Source: Eledone cirrhosa
Taxonomy: Eukaryota
DNA: 64,000 nucleotides
NCBI GenBank assembly: GCA_964016885.1
Contig: OZ024743.1
Coordinates: forward strand, 224,440,001-224,504,000
Reading direction: 5' to 3'
Part shown: in pieces, positions 25,419-39,169 of the stretch
Layout of the letters: each line of letters starts with the position of its first letter
How positions within the stretch are numbered: position 1 is the stretch's first letter
Translations under genes and position numbers: made by a program
Notes under the pieces: generated by a model
The model's database searches: none
What the model saw: only the letters and a program-made list of their open reading frames with translations
What the model was told of the DNA's origin: nothing

Positions 25419-26316
25419 GTGACTATTGTTTTCATTATAGTTTATTAAATTAGGGAGGTTATGGAAGAGAAAGAAATAGACAGATATCTATACCTATTAA
25501 GAATTTAAGATCATTTATTATGTTGGTATAAGATTTGCTCTTAAGTATATATATTTCTATCTCTTTCCTTCTAAGTATGTCTGGAATTTTAAACTAGAAG
25601 ATAATTTCCCTTGTGACTGTTAGATGGCATGCAGTTGTGAAATAGTTTCATAATATATGCTGCTCCTGAGGTTCTAAATTTCTTAAATATAACAACTGGT
25701 GTTTATAGTTATGGGATCCCTTTGGTGAAATCAACTCACTGTTTATTTTCTTTTTTCATCAGTTGTAATGAAGGTTCTGGGTACAAAAATGTAATTTGAT
25801 AGATGATAAATCCAGTCCTACCTTTGTTGTCTTGCCATTAATCCTTTTGATACCAATCAAAAGTGGCTCTGGTTTTATGAAACAAAACAAGTCATTTTAA
25901 AGGGTACCTATTTAAGTTAAAATCCCCCAACATAATTTTATATAAAAATCATGTTAAGTTTCTACTTAGTAATGAAATAATAATTTTAGTAAATCACTTA
26001 AAATTCTTCATTAATTAATTGAAATAGAGTGTATTTCATTAGAAATGCAATCAGGAAAGAGTTAACTGAAAAAAGAAGTTAACTTTCACATTCAAGTAAA
26101 TTCCTCTTCTAATTCATCATCTAAGTTAAATGGCTTTCATTCTGAGGCTGAACAATGTCTTTGTTTAATTCCTTAATCTTTTAGTTTTATTATTGTAGGT
26201 TGTACCGTCCTGTATTGTCCTTAATGTCTTACTTTGTGTAAACCCTTGTGGTTAATAAAGAAATCATTATTGTAGGTAGCTCCTTCCTCCTATCTAGTTG
26301 AGTCATGACTCAGTAT

Positions 26317-27260
26317 TTAACCCTTTTGATACCAACCTGTTCAAAACTCGCCAAATTTTAAATGGTTCTTGTTTAACCCTTTAGCATTTAACCCTTTAAC
26401 ATTCAAATTACTCTATATATACTATTATATTTTCATGGTAAAGGCTTTACCTCACATAATATCTCACATAACATTTACATTACTCTATAAATACTATTAT
26501 ATTTTCATGGTAAAGGCTTTACCTCACATAATATCTCACATAACATTTACATTACTCTATAAATACTATTATATTTTCATGGTAAAGGCTTTACCTCACA
26601 TAATATCTCACATAACATTTACATTACTCTATAAATACTATTATATTTTCATGGTAAAGGCTTTACCTCACATAATATCTCACATAATATTTACATTACT
26701 CTATAAATACTATTATATTTTCATGGTAAAGGCTTTACCTCACATAATATCTCACATAACATTTACATTACTCTATAAATACTATTATATTTTCATGGTA
26801 AAGGCTTTATCTCACATAATATCGAATCTATGAGATTTTGAAAGTATTTATTTTGAGAACAATACCGTAACATCAGTTTGAGTGACCAGTTGCAGCCAGT
26901 TTCAACAGAAAGGGGTAGAGAATTCTGGCCGGTTTTGGCTGGTTTGAACATTAAAGGGTTAAACCAGCTGTATCCAGCCAGAATTCTCTCACCTTCTGTT
27001 CAAACCAGCTGTAACTAGCCGCTCATACTGATGTTAAGGTATTGTTATCAAAATAAATAATAGCAAAATCTCATAGATGCGATATTATGTGAAAATATAG
27101 AGTAATGTAAATGCTAAAGTGTTAAATTAAAGTCTGCCAACATAATTTGACAGAAGAACATTTTATTAAGTTATAAATGCCATCTTAATGAAATGATTAA
27201 TAATTTTAGTAAATTCTTCAAAATTATTCATTAATTAAAATATAGTATTTATTAGCTATG
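26317..27260. mobile_element. Three nested TTAA MITEs (family 1 containing family 2 containing family 2)
   Basis: The outer element starts ttaacccttttgatacc (26317). The middle one spans 26373-27125 and the inner one 26388-26962, each bounded by TTAA and ccc/ggg termini. Confidence 0.82.
26400..26822 (+). repeat. 72-bp minisatellite, about 6 copies, inside the inner MITE
   Basis: Unit acattactctataaatactattatattttcatggtaaaggctttacctcacataatatctcacataacattt; explains the 24-aa periodic ORF 26369-26833. Confidence 0.95.
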
Positions 27261-28239
27261 TGGAGATTGTGTGGTTTACATTAGATATTTAGGGGTCTGG
27301 TACTTGTAAAGACTCTGATGTTGTGAGTTATGTATTAGTCATGAGTAAAAGTGCAGAGAGAGTATATTTTTATGAGCCATAGCTCCTTTTGCTCTGCAAA
27401 ATAAGGATATCCCTTCAACTATTTAATAGTGAATCTGTTCTTAGAGCTGCATATCTCCTATTCTGACTAACACTGGTGTTTTTTGCTGTATTCCTTTAAC
27501 AGTTATAACTTTTTGGATATTTTCAACATATGAAATCTGGCAAGATTTTCTTTGGTTGATGTTGTTATTGAGGGGTTAACAACGCCAGGAATTTGCATAA
27601 TAACTGCGTCTAACATTCCTATAATTAATTTTTAAGAAATTCAACTCTTCAACATCCTGTTAAGTTATAGTATTCTTTTCATGTAAGGCTTGTTTTCAGC
27701 AGCAAACTTCCTTCAACTACCACCCAATGTACTAATGTCAAAATCATCTATGTTCATATAAATGTGCATGATAGTTGAGTTGTTAAAGTGTTAGGTTATG
27801 TTAGCCCAAGTGTTGGACTAACCTAACCTAACAGCTATGTTTTGAAATTGTATATAGCATAAGTCTTCATATTGAACTGGCTTATAATTATAAACTGATT
27901 GATCAGCCTTACAATTAAAGGTATCCCAGTTCTGACCAGCCTCTTTTTAAGGTTATCTATGACTACATTGTTTAATGTGTCCTGATCTTTAAGATGGTTG
28001 GGATATATATGATTTGAGAGAATTTGGCTACTAATTCTGGCATTTTGGGTGGTCATATAGAGGCTCCATTGCTTGTTTTTAATCTTCATGTTCAACAGTT
28101 TGTGTAAAGATGAGTATAGAACAGTTATTGCAATACCTTATGCAGCTTTCTATATTTGCAGCACAATATAACCCACAGAAACTACGGATAATTAAATATA
28201 CAAATTATTTCTAAGAATAAACTTTCTATTTGATTGTAG

Positions 28240-28333
28240 GTGCAACACCTGCCATGTTTACCATCTTCCAATATCTTACTTGACACTTTGATGGGAAATG
28301 ATGATCTTTTGGAATTTGGAGATATTCTTAATA
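28240..28333 (+). CDS. POMP: POMP exon 5 (VQHLPCLPSSNILLDTLMGNDDLLEFGDILN)
   Basis: ttgtag acceptor and A|gtaagt donor; 94 nt. Matches VQRLPFLSSSNLSLDVLRGNDETIGFEDILN. Confidence 0.97.
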
Positions 28334-28469
28334 GTAAGTTACTTATGTTTTTTTTTTTTTGTGAATTGCAACCACAGATATGTGACATTCATACTTAAAA
28401 TGCCATTCACTATGTTTTTGTATGTGTACATACTGCTATTCTCTAGCCCTGGTTCTGTAAGAAACTATA

Positions 28470-31060
28470 ACAGACAATCGCTAGACCTCAAGCGAATTTG
28501 ACATTAAAGGGGCTGTCTGTCTCCTCTCTTCTCTGTCCTCCCTTGCTCCGTGCAACTCTGATTCTCTTGAGCGACTGAAAGAGAAGCACCCATCGGCACC
28601 CCCAGATGATCAGCTACACTGGCCTGAACCACCAGAATATTCGAGACCGGTTTACACCACCTATATCATCAGAAAGGCGATTTCATCCTTCCCCACTGGG
28701 TCAGGCGCGGGAATTGATGGCCTTCATCCTCAACACCTCAAGGATGGTATCTCCTTATCGGCCGGTGACGCCGGACTCAAACTCTTGGAGAGTCTGACTC
28801 AGTTTGTGAATCAGTTCTCTTCAGTGAACGTTCTCCCGTTCATCCGCCCACTGTTCTTCGGGGCAAAGCTATTTGGTCTCACCAAGCCCAACGGAGACCT
28901 GTGCACCCTTCGCCACCTCACTGCAAAGGCATGTTTGCTGTTGGTCTCTGACTCACTGGCGGAGGAATTCTCCCCCATCCAGCTGGGGGTGGGTACCAAG
29001 TTGGGATGTGAGGCTGCTGTCCACGCTACCAGAGCATTTACCAACTTGCCCTCCTCGTCCCCCAAGGTCATCCTCAAACTTGACCTCAGGAACACCTTTA
29101 ACTCTGTCAACTGCGACGTCGTCCTCGGCTCAGTAAGAGAGAGGGTCCCACAACTCTATCACTTTGCTTGGCAGGCTTATCGGGAGCCCTCCTACCTCTC
29201 TTTCGGTAACCAAATCATCACCTCTGCCTCAGGAGTCCAACAGGGTGACCCACTTGGGCCCGCTCTGTTTGCACTGGGCATTGATGACATCACCAAGATG
29301 GGGGTCGAGTTGGAACTCAATTTCTGGTGCCTCGACGACGCCTATTTGGGGGGAAATCTGGATATGGTTGAGGAACTTGGCCACCGGGGTCTCCAGGTCA
29401 ATAGCTCCAAATGTGAGCTCTGCATCCTCAACCACCCGGCTTCTCAACACCAACAGCTAATCGACCTGTTTGCAGAGTCCTTCCCTTCCATTGCGGTCCC
29501 TCCCCCGTTGGCTTGGTGCTCCTTAGGAGCCCCAATCACAGACTTTGCCTTCGAGTCAATCTTCCAATCGAAGATGGTTGGCCTTGAGCAGCTGCTGAAG
29601 AATATTGAGGTTATCGAACCCCATCAAGGTTTCTTCATACTCAGGAACTACCTATCTATTCCTAAGCTTCTGTATCTGCTTAGGGTCAGCCCCTCTCACA
29701 GATTTCCGTCCTGCCTCCAACGCTTCGACGACCTAATCTTCGAGAGACTTGAGTGCATGGTCAATGTTAGACTCTCTCCAGAGTCCTGCGATCAGGCTGC
29801 GTTGCCCAAGCGATTTGGGGGTCTTGGTCTTTGTAAGTGTTCGTCCCTCTCTCTCCCCTGCTTCCTTTCCTCCACCTACACTTGCTCCACCCTGGTGAGC
29901 AGCATCCTCTCCTCTCCAACATGGACTAGTTCCAACAGGGAGTTGGGTGAAGCTCTCCAGCAATGGAGTGAGTTGGGCTTGTCTCTTCTTGAGAAGGTGG
30001 AGGACAGTCGAAGTCAGAGAACTTGGGACAGTATAAGTTCGAAGGCTACTTTTGACTCCCTCTTCGTCCAGTCAGATCAATTTGCAAGATACTGCTTACT
30101 ATCTGCCAGCGCCAAATACTCAGGCGACTGGGTCGATGCCCTACCCGTGGCTAACGTTGGTGGCCTACTCAGCCTGGATGAACTTCGTGTCTCCATCGCC
30201 CTCAGAGTGGGAGCTGACGTCTGCATGGGTTTGAGGTGCCGATGCGGCAAACTCCTCGACTCCACAGTCCTCCACGATCTTTCTTGCTGCCTGAATGCCG
30301 GCCGCTTCGCACGTCACATGGAGCTAAACCTCATCCTCAAGAGAGCTTTGGCACGGGCGAACATCCCCTCAGTCTTGGAACCATCTGGGTTGCCCAGAAG
30401 TGGCGGCAAAAGACCTGACGGTCTTACCCTGTGCCCCTGGTTGAGAGGCAGGTGCCTTGTCTGGGACGTCACTGTTAGTGACTCTTTTGCTCTCTCCCAC
30501 ATCCTGGATGGTGCGGTTAGGACGAGAGCTACAGCTTCCGCAGCCGAGCGGAGTAAGACCCTCAAATACCTGATCTGTCGGCCAGCTACCTTTTTCAGCC
30601 TGTGGCTTTCGAGACGTTTGGAGGAGTCAGGCCACTGACTGCGAGGTTCCTCTCTTCACTGGCGAATCTCGCGAGGGCGCTTGGCTGTTCCAGCGCATTA
30701 GCCTCGCCATCACCCGAGGCAATGCTGCGAGTGTGCTGGCTTGCTTCAAAAGTAGTTAGAGAGGTCGCCCAGTACCCCTTGCTGCTGTCTTTGGCTCGGT
30801 TGTTCACCCCTTCTTTTACATTTTCTTTACTGTTTTAAACGAGGATTTGTTTGTTTTTTTTAGTACTGCTTGGTATTCTTTCTTAAGTTTCCACACAGTT
30901 TTTTCCTCTCTTCTTTTATTTAAACATTGCCTTTCTCCCTTCCCTTCCCCTAAACCTTTTCCTTACTTTCGTTATTTAATTTTTTTTTTCCTCTTTCTTT
31001 TTCTTTTTGTTATTGCAAACATTATATAACCGAATTGAAATTTGTCGAATAAATAAAAGT
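28470..31060 (+). mobile_element. CRE-clade non-LTR retrotransposon (RT + CCHC zinc knuckle + restriction-like endonuclease), 5'-truncated
   Basis: One frame is open from 28485 to 30638: DIKGAV.LLSS, LKEKHP, GSGAGIDG, QLGVG..GCEAAVHA, KLDLRNTFNSV, GVQQGDPLGPALF, WCLDD, GGLGL, CRCG..H..SC, RH..LN, KRPDG..WDVTV. After frameshifts: PVAFETFG and WLFQRISLAITRGNAASVL. Pyrimidine-rich 3' UTR and aataaataaaa end. Confidence 0.92.
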
Positions 31061-33520
31061 TTATTTAGTCAAATACTTTGTTACCATGTTTCAAATAAGA
31101 ATATACTGCCTTGGTGTTTTAATTATAAATAAATAACTTCATCTTAATAATAATTTCAAACGAAGGCACAAAGCCAGCAAAATGTGGGGAGGAGAAAGTC
31201 AATTATATCGACCCCAGTACTTTAATTTATTGACTCCTGGAAGATGAAAGGCAAAGTTAACCTCAGGCAGGATTTGAACTTAAAATGTAACTCAACTTAA
31301 TAATAAAAGATTACTGAAATAGTTGATAGTTTCTGTTACCTGGGTGACCAAATTAGTAGTGGAGGTGGGTGTTTTGAAAGTACAGTTAGAAATATGGTAA
31401 CAAAAAGGTTAAATAAAACTATACTGCTTAAAAACTAGAATTGAAACAATATATTATTTGATGTTACTAACTTAAGCCGGTAAGTAGTGGGATAGGTATC
31501 TTAATTTTAAGGACCTTTCATTAACAACAGGATGTTTATATATCTCTAAAAGACATGTCAGTTCTGTCTATACAGTCTGCTGATCTCACTGTAGTAGTTC
31601 TTTGTATTTTCTTTTTTAATTAAATAATTACCAATATTGAGTGATTTTAGGGAAATTGTATAACTGAAACAGCCTGATGTCATTACAATAACCCTTCATG
31701 TGTCAAGTGTTACATTGTTTAATTATGTCTCTATTTGGAATGTGATACTTCATACATTACAGCATGTTGATTTATAGCTTAATCTCCTATATTTCACATC
31801 TGCTTTAAAAAGATGTTTCCACTCCTTCTTTTTATAGAAAGAAACCCTGAAAAGTTTCAAATCTATAATTTGTGGTTTATTTTTTTAAATTTTAAATGCT
31901 ATACATGCATGCACAGCGTGATTGCAAAAGTAGTTTGATTTAGAACTTAGAAATGTCCATGCACAGATGTCAGTTGTCAACAATAAAACTTGATCTGTTA
32001 ATAAATTGCCTTTAGCATTCTTGCATTTCCATTCTTTGAATGAGTGTTTTAATATAAAAAATAGCATTATGATCTAGTCTCTATTCTACAACCAATAGAT
32101 GTCTAGCAGCCAACACACCACATTATTCACATACACATAACAACTTTATACTACTGTTTAATTTATAACTTTGTCATCATATCATCATCATCATCATTGC
32201 ATTTTATGTCTGCTTTCCCATGCTGACATGAGCTGGACAGCTTGTCAGTCCAAATCACTTATCAAGAGTTACTGTCTTCTTAAACAGTTCAGTAATTATG
32301 CTTTTCATTCAGGTTTCACTTTTTTATGATTTCTATGGTTGTATACCCTTGCTAACACCAACTACTTGACAGTGTGTACTGGATAAATTTTATCAGGAAA
32401 ATAGATCATCATCATCATCATCATCGTCTAACAACTGTCTTCCCTGGTTGCAAGGGTTGGACATATTTCTTATTTCATGTAAAAAAAATGTTCACAATTA
32501 TTTATATGACTTACATTTTTTCTAAGATATTTTAAGTATTGAACATTATGTAATCTACGCACACACGAATCATCATCATCATACGTCCGCTTTTCCCTCT
32601 TGGGTCTTGAATAATCCCCCCTCCCCATTCTTATTCCACTCTCATCCCCACTTATTAAATTTTGCTAATCTATCTCCGGCAAAATTTTATTTTAAGTGGT
32701 AGCATTCCTCCGACAATCAATTTTCTGTAGACATTAAAAAAACATTATACATGGCAAAAAAAGAACATTACAAGAAATCTCATACATTATGAAATAAATA
32801 GGATCGGTTGGGGTCTCTATATGTAAACTTAACGATAATTCTGGTTTATAAAAAAAAAATCAAGACAACCTAGAAAAATTATTGATTCCCCCCCTCCCTA
32901 TTATTTGGGACCCAAGAGTATGCACTTAATTATGTATCAATGCGTAAGGTATTTTTTTTATTTATTTATAGAAAGTAGAAATATTTCCATATAATATTTT
33001 GAAAATGATAGTAATTCCTTGGTGTCCAATGTATTTTATAATTGTTGTTTTCTGTTTAGTTGTGAGTGTCTAATGTTCTAGTCCCAATTTGGTAACCAAA
33101 TCATTAATATAAACTTTGCATATTGTTAATCTGATTTGAAAAATATTTTCAATCCCTTCTGTAATCTGCTAATTTAAAGATTGCCAGGAATGTTTGACTA
33201 AAGTGGTCACAACAAACTGGACATAACATACATTTTTGAAATAATTGGAGAATTAAAAATACAATTTCATTCCTCAAAGAATTTAAATATGAAGAATTCT
33301 AAATTTACAAATACTGATGCAACTTGACCCTTTTGATACCAAACCTCTTGAAACTGCCCTTAGTTCTACGATAGAAATCTGTTTATTAAAATGTTTATAT
33401 TTATCTAAAAACTTTTCATCCTAATTTTATGTAAGAATCTTTATATTCAAAACAACAGATTATTAAGGAAATTCCTCAAAATTCTCGAATATTTTCAAAT
33501 TGATTTGGAAATTATAGGTA

Positions 33521-35330
33521 ATGTCTTTCATCAGATGCCAGTGGAATAAATCTTCCAACCATCTCAAGCAAGTGACAAAAAAGGCAGTGCTTGAATTTGA
33601 ACAGTGCATAGCAACCAATCCTGACAGTAAGGTGTTCTGGAAATATGTTCATTCAAAGCAGAGACCTCACTCTCCAGTTGGTCCTCTTCGCAATCCCCAC
33701 ACAAGCCAGATCACTGATGATCCCAAAGAATGCGCAGAACTCATTGCTGAGTGCTATGCAAGCATTTTTACTGTTGAAAACCAGAATGTACCATCTCTGC
33801 CATCTCTAACATCAAATTCCATAACAACTATGGAATTTACACCTGCAATGTTGCGACGTCACCTTAAGAATAAGCGCAACTATGCCTCCCCTGGTCTTGA
33901 TGGTGTTACATACCTGCTTCTCAAACGTGGCGAGTACTTCCTTTTGCACCAGCTTTCTTTCTTCTTTCAATACTGTCTCAACAATGGTGCTACTCTGGAG
34001 CAGTGGAAAACTGCCAGTGTCATTCCCCTGTTCAAAAAGGGCGACCGCACGTCACCTGTCAACTATCGTCCAGTCAGTCTTACTAACTGTATTGCCAAAC
34101 TGGTGGAATCCTGTGTCAGAGAAACACTTTGGAACTTCTAGAGCTCTCACAGCCTCATCCGGCCCTCGCAGTTTGGATTTATCCCTAACTCCAGCTGCTG
34201 TGATCAGCTTATCGAGTTCCTTGAAGACATTACCCGGATCACTGACAGCGGCTCATAGGTGGATGTTGTTTACCTTGACTTTGCTAAGGCTTTTAATTCT
34301 GTGCCACACAAAATACTTATGGCGAAACTCTCTGCAATGGGTGTGAGGGATGATCTTTTTAACTGGTTGAAATCCTTCATTCTCAGCCGAAAAGAGGTCA
34401 CCATATGAGATGTTATCTGGTGTACCACAGGGATCTGTTCTTGGTCCCCTTTTGTTTGTGGCATATATTAATGACATAGATGCCAACTTAAAGAATGCCA
34501 CGGTACTGAAATATGCAGATGATATCAAGCTGTACCTTGAAATCAAAAGGACTGATCCTGAAATCTACAAATCTTTCCTACAATCAGACCTGGAGACAAT
34601 GCAGCAATGGATCACAGACTGGCAACTGAAGCTGGCTGTGGACAAATGTACCACCATGCATTTTGGAAGGAAAAATGCAGCGTCCACATACTCTCTCTAC
34701 AACACTGATATCAAGAAGTCCTCTTGTGAACGTGATCTGGGCATTACTGTCAGCAGCGATTTGCGTTGGACAAAGCATGTCTCTAAGATTGTCAAGAAGG
34801 CCGAGGGTGTCTTGGCATCGCTCAGCAAGACCTTTGTTAGCCACTCTCCAGCCATCTATTTAAAGCTGTATACAGCTATGGTACGACCACACTTGGAATT
34901 CGCATCATCAGTCTGGAATCTCTATCTTGCTCAGAACATTGACCTCCTGGAAACTGTTCAGAGACGTGCAACCAAGCGCATACCCTCCATCAGACACCTA
35001 CCATACTCTGAACGCCTTGCTTCCCTGGGCATGGATTCATTGAAGCTCCGACGTCTGGCAATGGACTTGGTAAACACCCACAAAGTTATTAACCATCTCG
35101 CCAACAACAACCCTGAGCACCTTTTTGATCTCCATGTGTCTAACACATGTGGACATGCCTACAAAATCAGAAAACAGCACAGCTCCCATGACTTTCGGAA
35201 ACATTTTTTCACACTTAGAGTTGCTGAAGCATGGAACAAACTGCCTGCGTCAGTTGTTAGCTGCCGAGACACTGCATCCTTTAAAACCCTCATGCTTCCC
35301 GAAATTTGCCAAAACTACACCTGATGTACA
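33521..35330 (+). mobile_element. CR1/L2-group LINE, 5'-truncated ORF2 (RT)
   Basis: SPGLDG, WKTASVIPLFKKGDR..NYRPVSLT, QFGF, VYLDFAKAF, SGVPQGSVLGPLLF, YADD, ERDLG, VRPHLEFA, VQRRAT, FFT.RV..AWN.LP; two stops and an internal deletion. Confidence 0.93.
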
Positions 35331-36676
35331 GCTAATTCCTATTGAACTTATTAATAGAAACATGCAAGTTTATAATAAAAGAATCTAGTGAATCGCAGTC
35401 ATTGTTTTATGTCTATTTTCCATGTTGACATGGGTTGGACAGGTCATGATCCGAGACAAGTCATATCTTGCTCATATGTTCCATGTTGATATAGTTTCTG
35501 TGGCTGGATGCCCTGCCTATATATAGCTGACAACTTTACAGAGTACTTGGGGAATTTTGTTATACCACCAGCACTATTACTTTATAGAGTGGGCTGAGTG
35601 CATTTTATTGTGGCACCAGCACTACCACTGTAAAACAAAAATAGTTTTGTCATCATCATCATCATTATTTTACATCTGTTTTCCATGTTGGCATGGGTTG
35701 GACCGATTGTCCCAGTCCAAGTCAGTTCTTATTCAATGACAGTCAATTATTGGCCATACCATCACCTTCACTTCTGTTCTACTTTTCTGTCATGAACACG
35801 TCAATACTTTCTAAATTAATGTAACAATTTGGTCACAAGCATGTCCAAATATGGTAGAAGGTAGGTACAACAAGCTTCCAGAACATTTGATTGGCTACCT
35901 CTGTGTCATGTCTATTAATTAACAACAACAACAACAACTGAGGTCATGTTAGAGCACACATATGAAAATAAAAATATCTTTCACCCTCATCATCAGCACC
36001 ACTGGCATTATAATCAACATCTCTCTAGTGATTACCATCTGACCAGTTTCCTAGTCTGGAATAGTTTGGGCAGGTTTGTTGTATATATATATATATTATG
36101 TCATTGTTAATGTCAAAGTCATAGGTTTTGGTACATGTATAAAAAAATGGCAGATAGCATTAGTGATGATAATGATTAAAAGGAAAAAGAATAGGGTGTC
36201 TTTTCTTTTCTTCTCTTAATTTTGTTTTATCCCTCTTTTTAGCCACTTCTAGTCTCTGCTAATTTTAAAAAAATAAATTCTCCTGACATCCGTGGTTACT
36301 TCATGTTCTTAACCTTTTCAGTGTCCTCTCTTGAAAGCAGTTCTTATTGCCTAGGGCAAAGGGTTACTGCTTTCAATTTATTCTTAGATCACTTAGCACT
36401 CTTTGTGTAAATCTATTGTCTCCTTATGACCTGTTCCTCAACATTTAGAAGTTCTTCAGCCTCAAGAAGACATGAGAGGCAAGTGATTATATTACATTTT
36501 GACTCATTATATGTGTTAGTACTTGTGGTAGTTGAACAAATCCCACTGACCTATGACCTACTTCTTATTTATGACCTTTGCTTTACTAGAATTTTTCATT
36601 TAACTTTATTTTCTTTTTTTACTGTTGTTATACTTTATAGTGGTCCATTTTACTATTCATGTATATAAGTTTTCTT

Positions 36677-36942
36677 AACCCTTTTCATACCAAACCATCT
36701 AAAACTGCACTTGATTGGTTCTATAATACAAAGCTCTTTATTTTAAAGTGTTTATATTTATTAAAAAAAAAAAAACTTCCTCTCATAATTTTGTGTATGG
36801 AATATTGTTATATTCCAAACACCAGCATGCTAAAGAGAAGCTTCGTTATATTATTAAATCCCTCCATATTCTTGATTATATTCAAAATTATTTGAAAATC
36901 ATAGGCACTCATTCATTAAAAATATGGTAATGAAAGAGTTAA
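36677..36942. mobile_element. TTAA-flanked piggyBac-type MITE family 1
   Basis: ttaacccttttcatacc ... ggtaatgaaagagttaa. Related copies near 12930-14110, 15200-16182, 23937, 25840-26065, 33325-33520, 46260-46480 and 51770-52355. Confidence 0.78.
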
Positions 36943-38860
36943 ATAACTGTTTGATCAATAATCTTTGATGTTGAGTTTGTTTATATATTCATTTCAACTG
37001 AGGATATGGCTACTACTTGAGTTTCATGATTTGCAATCTTAGGTGACTAATATAGAAAGTCAAATGGTTGTTTCATTTCATTTGAATAACAGAATTAGTC
37101 ACACGAAAGATTGCAGACCGTGAAATTCAAATAGTTACAATATAAAAAAAATGTATGTAAGTACAAAATAATATTTTATGTAAAAATAATAAATATTTAA
37201 AGCCTCTTAAGTGGGGGCACAAGAAATCAGGATACCTCAGATCTGTGATCACTTATTTTATTCAAATCATTTTTACTTGAGTGAAGGTATGTGGCCTGTT
37301 GTGCTCAAAGTCATAAAGTCATAGGTTCATTTACTGGACCAATCAGTATGTTGTGTTCAGGCAAAACACTTCATTTCACATTTTAGTTTTCATGCTAAGG
37401 CTGGGACCTCTATCATTAAAACACCTGAGAAACTTAGGAGATGCAACGTCGTAGGGGGCTAGCTAAATCTACATAGGTATGAGCTGTAAATTTAATTTAA
37501 ATTTTTTATTTTTCATATTTGCTAGTATCATTTACCTTTCATCAAGTTTTTTGTTGGAGGGCAGCACTTTTTTCTGCTTCAAGTGGTACTTAAAAAAGTT
37601 GATGGGGTTTTGGTCAAAGAGGAAAAGCCATGTCCAACTTTTTCAACATCACCCACCATACTTCTTTTGCTAAAGCTTCAAAGCAGAGTAAAAATTGCGT
37701 ACTCCACTTTCTTAGCTGCACTAATAGCCATTCAACCTCATTTTGCAAGGCAGAAATATATGAGCAATGAATAGAGAACTGTTTGTCTTTCTCTGCGCAT
37801 CTTAAACAGGTCCCTGATTCAAAGTTATTCAGTACATTGCCATCAATCTCCAGAGTAGTTCCAAGCACAGTTTAAATTTATTCAATCAACTGACTTTCTA
37901 AAGTATGGATGAGTTGACTTTCCACTAATCACATTTCTAAATAGAAAATCAATTTTTGATTAGTGAATTAGGATACTATATTGTTGACCTATCAGAGGTT
38001 ATGGCATACACTAATCCTTGCAGACACATTCTAAAATATATCCAAACTGATTGATCTGCAGCCTTGATTCACTAATAGCTAATGTAAACAGCATCATTCT
38101 GATGTTGTAAATTGCACGTTACCAGTCTGACCTCACCTGTTAACTTGTTCCCCCAATCTGCAAACACATTAAAATGTTATGCATATTGCAACCTATCTCC
38201 AAACTGATGAAAGAGAACATAAACTGTTTTTGAAGCCTTGCACTTTGTTTAGTTCCGTTAGCAGAGCTGAATTATGTATACTTGTTAGTTAAGAAGTTAC
38301 TGTATCAAACTGCCAAACATTTGTTTCAACAATTTATGCAAATGTTTATATTTACATGCCCGTATAACCCATTCTAGAAGGGAAATTTTAATATGTGTAA
38401 AAACAAAAAAAAACAAAAATTGTGCTTGCATTTAATTTTCAAAGTTGTTGATATATATATATAATCTTATGAAAATATCAGTTTACAGCAAAAGTTATTT
38501 TTGTTAGGTTTTAGGTTTAACTAAAATGTTTGCCTTGTATCAACAGTATTTCTCTTTCTAACCAGTCTAACTCTGTCTTCCTCTCTTATTAATAATGAGT
38601 GTCCAGTTTATTTGTCTAGATGTAGTTGTGCAGAAAAACAAATGCTTCATTTATTTTCAAGTGTAACAAGTTTTCATAGAAATACTTATCTATTTACTGT
38701 CATATTTACTCCACTTATCCTCAATGAATATATCCATTCATTTGTCTTTATTGCTGATTCAAAACTAAATTTCTCCAGTAAAAATAATGTTTGTAGGAAT
38801 ACAGGTTAAGTTCTAAATTTCTCCAGCCTCTTACAACTATTACTAAAACTAAAACAAATA

Positions 38861-39068
38861 CAGTCGCTTTGCTTTTTACAGGAACTTGAAGTACACGAAT
38901 TCGCTTTAACGCAACTTAAAAAAAATGATTAAATATTCATTTTGCACGAATAATGCACTATAACGCATGTGGTTTTTAATTTCTTTTATTTATCAGACTT
39001 GAATTACGCGAATTTGCTTGACACACCGTGTTCATGAACGCATCATCGCGTAAAAAACGAACACACTA
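38861..39068. mobile_element. Tigger/pogo-like MITE
   Basis: ta|cagtcgctttgctttttac ... gcgtaaaaaacgaacacact: degenerate TIRs, TA flanks, internal repeats of acgaattcgcttt. Confidence 0.6.
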
Positions 39069-39169
39069 TATATGGTTTCATCAAATATTGTCTTTTGTTG
39101 ATGTCACTTTACATTAACCCTATTTTAACGATATTTCTAATTTTGGTAAACCCTTTAGACTTTGGGCCA

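Noticed and set aside
26369-26833. 154-aa repetitive ORF as a real repeat protein
   Set aside because: It is the translation of a 72-bp minisatellite inside a MITE within a POMP intron.
28785-30638. 617-aa RT ORF as a host gene, retron or group II intron RT
   Set aside because: The domain order RT-CCHC-PD..D nuclease, 5' truncation, frameshifts and 3' UTR fit a CRE-type non-LTR retrotransposon.
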